Of a stretch of DNA of 64,000 nucleotides, positions 58,547-64,000 are shown one piece after another; the stretch's first letter is position 1, and each line of letters starts with the position of its first letter. A program made the translations under genes and the position numbers. The stretch is taken from the NCBI GenBank assembly GCA_965262725.1, contig OZ253555.1, forward strand, positions 1,216,001-1,280,000, read 5' to 3'. The notes beneath the pieces are model-generated. The model saw only the letters and a program-made list of their open reading frames with translations, was not told where the DNA came from and did not search any database. The DNA comes from Dehalococcoidia bacterium (GTDB taxonomy: Bacteria; Chloroflexota; Dehalococcoidia; UBA2979).

Positions 58547-59539
58547 TCACACCGAAAGGGCCAACGCGACGCCGACCATCGCCCCCGAAACGGCGATCAG
58601 CCACAGGCGCATGACGACCTGAGGCTCGCTCCATCCGATCAACTCGAAATGGTGGTGCAGGGGCGTCATCCGGAAGAGCCTGAGCCCGCCGGTCGCCTGG
58701 AAGTAGGCGATCTGCATCAGAGCCGAGCCCGCCTCCGCCACGAAGACGACACCGATGACAGGCAGGAGGAGCCAGTGTCCCGTCATCAGCGCCACCGTCG
58801 CGAGCGTGGCGCCGAGCGGGAGCGCTCCCGTGTCTCCCATGAAGAGGCTCGCGGGGTGCGAGTTGTACCAGAGGAACCCGAGCAGGGCGCCGACCACCGT
58901 GAACGAGAAGGTGGCGAGAAAGTCCTGTCCCTGCACGAAGGCGATTACCGCGTAGGCGGCGAAGGCGACCGCCGCCGTTCCGCCCAGCAATCCGTCGAGT
59001 CCGTCGGTGATGGCGACGGCGCTCGTCGTGCCCACGACGGTGGCCATCGCGATCGGAATGTAGATGAGCCCGAGCTCGTACTGCCCGACCCACGGCACGT
59101 TGATGCTGCGCGCCTCGAACCCGTGGTAGAGCACGAGCGCCACGCCGAGGGAGAGCACCACCAGGAAGCCCAGCTTGAGGCGCCACGGGAGTCCCCGCTG
59201 CGTGCGCCCGATGAGGGTTCCGGCGTCGTCCAGCGCCCCCACCAGCATCGCCGAGATCAGGACCACCACCGGAAGCAGGATCGAGCGCCGCGCTCCCCCT
59301 TCGCCGAAGAGCGAGGGGATTGCGTCGGTGAGGTTGGTCGGCACCGTGATCATGGCGACGGTGCCGAAGATCAAGAGTCCGCCCATCGTCGGAGTGCCCG
59401 CCTTGGCGGCGTGCGTCGACGGCCCCTCCGCCGAGATCGACTTCCCCAGGCGCTGCCAGCGCAGGAACCGGACGACGTGCCCTCCTCCGAGGAGGGCGAG
59501 CAGGAAGGACGAGCCCCCGACCAGCAGCGAATAGATCAC
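58547..59539 (-). CDS. mraY: phospho-N-acetylmuramoyl-pentapeptide-transferase
   Basis: KAGTPTMGG, GALDD, TDGLDGL, FMGDTG, FRMTPLHHHFE. Confidence 0.96.
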   Translation of the reverse strand: MIYSLLVGGSSFLLALLGGGHVVRFLRWQRLGKSISAEGPSTHAAKAGTPTMGGLLIFGTVAMITVPTNLTDAIPSLFGEGGARRSILLPVVVLISAMLVGALDDAGTLIGRTQRGLPWRLKLGFLVVLSLGVALVLYHGFEARSINVPWVGQYELGLIYIPIAMATVVGTTSAVAITDGLDGLLGGTAAVAFAAYAVIAFVQGQDFLATFSFTVVGALLGFLWYNSHPASLFMGDTGALPLGATLATVALMTGHWLLLPVIGVVFVAEAGSALMQIAYFQATGGLRLFRMTPLHHHFELIGWSEPQVVMRLWLIAVSGAMVGVALALSV

Positions 59540-60942
59540 CGGGCCCTCCTCGATAGGGCATCGACCACGCGCTCGAGCGCCATGGCGCGGGATCCCTTGA
59601 CGAGCAGCACGTCGCTGGCCCGTAGCTCGCGCGCGAGCTCGTCGGCAGCCTCGTCCGCGGAGCTCACGTGGCGAACGGCGTCGGGCGCGGCGCCGGCCTC
59701 GATCGCCGCCTCGGAAATCGCGCGACCGAGGTCGCCGATTGTGTAGAGCACGTCGACCACGGCGCCGGCGCGGCGACCCACGTCGCGGTGCAACGCCACC
59801 GAGAGCTCGCCGAGTTCTCGCATGTCCCCGAGCAGCGCAAGCCTCCGGCCCGGCAGCTCGGCGAGCAGCTCCAGCGCGGCCAGCGTCGCGGCGGGGCCCG
59901 CGCTGTAGGTGTCGTCCATGAGGGTCACGCGTCCGGGGAGCTCCCGCATGACCAGCCGCGGCCCCGGCGCGAGACGCTCCAGCGCACATGTCACCTCGTC
60001 CAGCGTCAGCCCCTCGGCGAGCCCGACGCACGCCGCCGCCAGCACGTTCGGGACGAGGTGGGCGCCCGGGGTCGGGATGTGCACGCGCCTCGAGCCCGCG
60101 GGCGCGAGGCCGGAGGTCAGGAGCGTGAACGCGAAGCCGCTGGCGCCGCGGCTCTCGACATCGTCGGCGCGCACGTCGGCCGCCTCCGCGCGGCCGACGT
60201 GCCAGACGCGGGCGGGCGTGTGCTCGGCCATCGCGCCCACCCGCGGGTCGTCGATGTTGAGAACGGCATTGCCGTCGGCCGGCAGGGCCTCCACCAGCTC
60301 GCGCTTGGCGCGAGCGATGCGCTCCATGGAGCCGGCGCTCTCGAGGTGCACCGGCCCGACATTCAGCACCACGCCGGTGCGCGGCCGCGCCCACCTCGCG
60401 AGGTCGGCGATCTCGCCGGTCGTGTACATCCCCATCTCGACGACGGCTCGCTCCACCTCGGGCTCGAGCGAGAGCAGGCAGAGCGGGACGCCGATCTCGT
60501 TGTTGTAGTTGTTCTCCGTCGCGTGGACGCGGTAGCGCGCACGCAGCACGCCCGCTGCCATCAGCTTCGTCGTCGTCTTCCCGACGTTGCCGGTGATGCC
60601 AACCACGACCGTCTCGGGAAGCGCGGCGCGCCAGGCCGCGGCGAGGCGTTGGAGCGCGGCGAGCGGGTCCGCCACGAAGAAGCGGGTCGCCTCGTCGATT
60701 CCCTCGACGGGCCTCGCGAGGAGGGCGCCCGCGGCACCGGAGCGTACCGCCTCCGACGCGAAGTCGTGCCCGTCGTGGCGCTCGCCAAGAAGCGCCACGA
60801 AGAGGTCACCCGGACCGGCCTCGCGCGAGTCGACCACGGCGCGGCGGAAGCGCCGCTCCGGATCTCCCGCCCGACCTCTGAGCGTCTCGCCGAGCGCGGC
60901 GGCGACGAACGCCGCGTCGAGAGCGGGCCGAGCCGGCGTCAC
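59536..60942 (-). CDS. murF: UDP-N-acetylmuramoyl-tripeptide--D-alanyl-D-alanine ligase
   Basis: DSRE..PGDLFVAL.GERHDGHDF, ITGNVGKTTTK, NNEIGVP, VEMGM, DDTYSA, GDMRELG, VKGSR. Confidence 0.94.
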   Translation of the reverse strand: MTPARPALDAAFVAAALGETLRGRAGDPERRFRRAVVDSREAGPGDLFVALLGERHDGHDFASEAVRSGAAGALLARPVEGIDEATRFFVADPLAALQRLAAAWRAALPETVVVGITGNVGKTTTKLMAAGVLRARYRVHATENNYNNEIGVPLCLLSLEPEVERAVVEMGMYTTGEIADLARWARPRTGVVLNVGPVHLESAGSMERIARAKRELVEALPADGNAVLNIDDPRVGAMAEHTPARVWHVGRAEAADVRADDVESRGASGFAFTLLTSGLAPAGSRRVHIPTPGAHLVPNVLAAACVGLAEGLTLDEVTCALERLAPGPRLVMRELPGRVTLMDDTYSAGPAATLAALELLAELPGRRLALLGDMRELGELSVALHRDVGRRAGAVVDVLYTIGDLGRAISEAAIEAGAAPDAVRHVSSADEAADELARELRASDVLLVKGSRAMALERVVDALSRRAR

Positions 60943-62672
60943 GGCGAGGCCACCAGTTCGCTGCTCGACGGCACGCGCAGGTAGTCCATGAGCCGCGTCG
61001 CGAGGCGCGAGAAGAGCGGTGCCGCGACCTCGCCCCCGAGATTCCGCTCGCCGCTGGGCTGGTCGACCTTGACGAGGATCGAGATGCGTGGAGATTCGTA
61101 CGGAAGGAATCCGGCGAACGAGGCGATCGTGGTGTCGAGGTCGTAGCCGGTGGGGATCGACACCAGAGTCGTGCCGGTCTTGCCGGCCACGTGGTACCCC
61201 TCCACCCGCGCCCCCGAATATGGGGAGGTCTCCACGACGTCGAACATGAGCCTCGCCATCACCCGCGCCGTCTGCGGCGAGACGACGCGCCTCACCTCGA
61301 CGGGTTCGAAGCGGCGCACCTCGGTGGGAGTGACGATCTCCGAGACGATGTAGGGGCGCATGAGCACGCCGCCGTTGGCGAACGTGTTGATCGCGGTCAG
61401 CACCTGCAGCGGGGTCGCGGCGAGTCCTTGCCCGAAGGAGTTCGTCGCCCGGTCCGCCTCGTACCAGTCAATGTCGTCCGGCGTGCGCAGGAGCCCCTCC
61501 GCCTCGCCGGCCAGGCCGATGTGGGTCGGCTCCCCGAGGCCGAACGCTTGCAGGTATTCGTAGAAGGGCCGAGCGCCGATCCGCTCGGAGAGCCACACCG
61601 CCCCGGTATTCAGCGATCGCTGCAGGTACTCCGTCACCGTCACCTCGCCGTGGGCCTGGAGGTCCCAGTTGCGAATGGTGTAGCCGCCGACCTCGACGGC
61701 ACCCTCGTCGACGTAGGTGCTCTGGGGCGTGACACGGCCGAGGTCGATGGCAGCCGCCGTGGTGAGCGTCTTCAGGACCGAGCCGGGCTCGTAGAGGTCG
61801 GTGACCGCCCTGTTGCGGACGAGGTGGGAGAGCTCGGGGTCGTCGAGGTCGATCTCGGTGAGCCGGACGGCGGGCTGCGAGGCCAGCGCCAGCACCGCCC
61901 CGGTGTGGGGGTCCATCACCACGATCGAGCCGGACCGCGCGCCGTGCTGCTCGATCGCCTGGGCGAGCTCCTGCTCGGCCGCGCCCTGGATGAAGGCGTC
62001 GACGGTGAGAACCACGTCCCCGCCGCGCTCGGGCGGGTGCTCACGCCGGGCGCTGAAGGCGATCGGACGCCCGAGCACGTCGCGCTCTGTGTAGACGATG
62101 CCGGCGCGTCCCCTGAGCACGTGATCGTAGTCCGCCTCGATGCCCCAGAGGCCCGTGTCGTCGAGCCCCACGTGCCCGATGAGTTGCCCGGCGATGTCGC
62201 CCTCGGGGTGGATGCGGACGGAGGATGGGGTCAGTCGCACGCCGACGAGACCGGCACGCTCGATGGCGAGGCCGGTCTCGTAGTCGATGTCGCGCATGAG
62301 CAGGGCGGTGCCGGTGGCGTCCTCGGTGCCGAGCGCGTAGATTGCGTCGGCCTCGAGACCCAGCTCGCCGGCGAGGTCGCTCGCCGCTCGGGCTGCGCTC
62401 TCGCGATCCCGCCACTGGGCGCGATCGACGTAGACATTCCATGTGTCGATCGATGTCGCGAACGGGTAGCCGTTGGCCGAGATGATCGCGCCGCGGGGCG
62501 CCGGGACCTCCGTCGCGCCGTAGTGCAGCAGCGCCGCCTCTTCGCGGTAGCGGTCGTGCTCGAGGACCTGGATCACGACCAGCCGCCACACCAGCGCGGC
62601 CGCTCCGGCGAGCAGCAGGAGCACGAGCGAGAGATGTCGCCAGGTCAGGTGGTCGGGTCGCGCGTCGTTCAC
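60939..62672 (-). CDS. ftsI: class B penicillin-binding protein (FtsI/PBP3-like)
   Basis: N-terminal TM, RGAI, EPGSVLK (SxxK), SLN (SxN), GKTGT (KTG). Confidence 0.9.
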   Translation of the reverse strand: MNDARPDHLTWRHLSLVLLLLAGAAALVWRLVVIQVLEHDRYREEAALLHYGATEVPAPRGAIISANGYPFATSIDTWNVYVDRAQWRDRESAARAASDLAGELGLEADAIYALGTEDATGTALLMRDIDYETGLAIERAGLVGVRLTPSSVRIHPEGDIAGQLIGHVGLDDTGLWGIEADYDHVLRGRAGIVYTERDVLGRPIAFSARREHPPERGGDVVLTVDAFIQGAAEQELAQAIEQHGARSGSIVVMDPHTGAVLALASQPAVRLTEIDLDDPELSHLVRNRAVTDLYEPGSVLKTLTTAAAIDLGRVTPQSTYVDEGAVEVGGYTIRNWDLQAHGEVTVTEYLQRSLNTGAVWLSERIGARPFYEYLQAFGLGEPTHIGLAGEAEGLLRTPDDIDWYEADRATNSFGQGLAATPLQVLTAINTFANGGVLMRPYIVSEIVTPTEVRRFEPVEVRRVVSPQTARVMARLMFDVVETSPYSGARVEGYHVAGKTGTTLVSIPTGYDLDTTIASFAGFLPYESPRISILVKVDQPSGERNLGGEVAAPLFSRLATRLMDYLRVPSSSELVASP

Positions 62673-62754
62673 CTGCAACCGCTCCCTGCGAATCGCTCCT
62701 CGCGCGGCGTGGGCGCCGGGTGGCGGTCCCCCACCGCGTTCTCGCCCTGCGTCG

Positions 62755-63315
62755 CTACGTGCCCCCTCCCGGCAGCCGATCGAGCAGCGTGCGCCAGAGG
62801 GATGCCGGCGGGTCGGGCGGTTCATCGAGGGGCGGCACGTAGCGCTCCGGCAGACGGAGGGTCGGGGGTGCGGCGACGTCCACGGCGACGGTTAGCGCGG
62901 GGGTCGTCTCGACCATGCCGAGTTCGGTCGCGGCGCGGTGCGCGAGATTGTCGCCGCGCGAGAGTCCGGCGATGCGCCCCTCGAGGAGGCGCACCTCCGC
63001 CGCCAGTCGCGTGCGCTCGCTCTCGAGCGCGAGCAGATCGTAGCCGACCTCGGCGATACGGCTGGTCTGCAGGACCTGGTAGACGCCGAGTGCGCCCACC
63101 GCGACGAGGAGGAGCCCCAGGAGGAAGAGCCCCGGGATGCGCTGCCAGCGCGACTGCACGATGACGGCCGCCCCCTCGAGGGCGCGGCGCGAGATGACGC
63201 CGCGCGCGGGCTGGTGCCCGGCCTCGCCCGGGGGCCCGTGCCCGGCGACCGCTCGCCCGACGGGCAGGCGGGGTCCCGCTGTGAGCGATGCTGCGCGCGG
63301 GTGCGCGGCCATCAC
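62755..63315 (-). CDS. FtsL-like cell division protein (start uncertain)
   Basis: Single TM helix, leucine-zipper-like coiled coil, ATELGM; position between rsmH and ftsI. Confidence 0.72.
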   Translation of the reverse strand: MMAAHPRAASLTAGPRLPVGRAVAGHGPPGEAGHQPARGVISRRALEGAAVIVQSRWQRIPGLFLLGLLLVAVGALGVYQVLQTSRIAEVGYDLLALESERTRLAAEVRLLEGRIAGLSRGDNLAHRAATELGMVETTPALTVAVDVAAPPTLRLPERYVPPLDEPPDPPASLWRTLLDRLPGGGT

Positions 63316-64000
63316 GCCCCCTCGCTCGCCGGGAGGCGCTCTGCCGCCCGCAGCCTCGCCGAGCGGGCCCGGGGGTTGCGCGCCACCTCGGAGGCGTCGG
63401 GGCGCAGCGGGCGGCGGGTCAGCTCCGCAAGCGTTGCGACGTGGCCGCAGACGCAGGCCGGGCTGCGCGGCGGACAGAGGCAGTCCGTCGCTTCGCGACG
63501 GAGGAACCGCTTCACGATGCGGTCCTCCAGCGAGTGGTACGAGAGGACGACGAGGCGGCCACCGACAGCGAGCAGGCCGTGAGCACCGGGGAGCGCCGAG
63601 TCGAGGAGCGAGAGCTCCCCGTTGACGGCGATCCGTAGGGCTTGAAACGTCCGGGTAGCGGGGTGGATGTTTTCTGGACGTCCCCGGCCCGGTCCCACGG
63701 CCTGCTCGATGGCGGTGACGAGTTCCCCCGTTGTCTTCAGCGGGCGGCGCGCCATCACCGCCCGTGCGATCGCACGGTGCCGCTTCTCCTCTCCGAATTC
63801 CCGGAGGATGCTCGAGAGCTCCCGCTCTGCGTAGCCGTTGACGATCTCGGCGGCGCTCGGCCCGTCCGTCGTCGAGTCCATGCGCATGTCCAGCGGCTCG
63901 TCCCGGCGGAACGAGAAGCCCCGTCCGGGTGCCGCGAGTTGCAGGGACGAGACGCCGAGGTCGAAGAGCACGCCGTCCACATCACCGAAGCCGGCGTCGC
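63312..64000 (-). CDS. rsmH: 16S rRNA (cytosine1402-N4)-methyltransferase (partial, 5' end beyond the window)
   Basis: DLGVSSLQL, RGFSF, LDMRMD, HPATRTFQALRIAVN, SYHSLEDRIVK, NPRARSARLR. Confidence 0.96.
   Translation of the reverse strand, partial: DAGFGDVDGVLFDLGVSSLQLAAPGRGFSFRRDEPLDMRMDSTTDGPSAAEIVNGYAERELSSILREFGEEKRHRAIARAVMARRPLKTTGELVTAIEQAVGPGRGRPENIHPATRTFQALRIAVNGELSLLDSALPGAHGLLAVGGRLVVLSYHSLEDRIVKRFLRREATDCLCPPRSPACVCGHVATLAELTRRPLRPDASEVARNPRARSARLRAAERLPASEGA

Overview
High-GC bacterial DNA, densely coding; gene content suggests Chloroflexota (Dehalococcoidia/SAR202/Tepidiforma-like), which is an inference. Left to right: glycine cleavage operon (gcvT-H-PA-PB); a xanthine-dehydrogenase-family molybdenum hydroxylase (M-S-L) with a MoaD/ThiS gene; several alpha/beta hydrolases; a thiolase-like/DUF35/DsrE(SaoD-like)/enoyl-CoA hydratase unit; lipA-lipB and pyruvate dehydrogenase (aceE-E2-lpdA); a long accessory catabolic region (AhpD-like, amidase, MOSC, triple-Rid, PaaK-like ligase, amidohydrolase, maleate-isomerase-like, MmgE/PrpD, CMD, LLM oxidoreductase, two signal-less family-5 solute-binding proteins); msrB, yggT-proC-yggS, nrdR; and the dcw cluster (ftsZ to partial rsmH). 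The strongest hidden signal is two genes split by in-frame TGA codons, each followed by a SECIS-like hairpin. One is an AhpD-like protein with CxxU, a known selenoprotein class. The other is a DUF35-partnered thiolase-like protein with a predicted selenocysteine in its C-terminal NG-U-GG loop, next to a SaoD/DsrE-family gene, which is a candidate undescribed selenium-dependent acyl-CoA system. I saw no rRNA, tRNA, CRISPR array or mobile element. All product calls come from recognising motifs by eye, without database searches.
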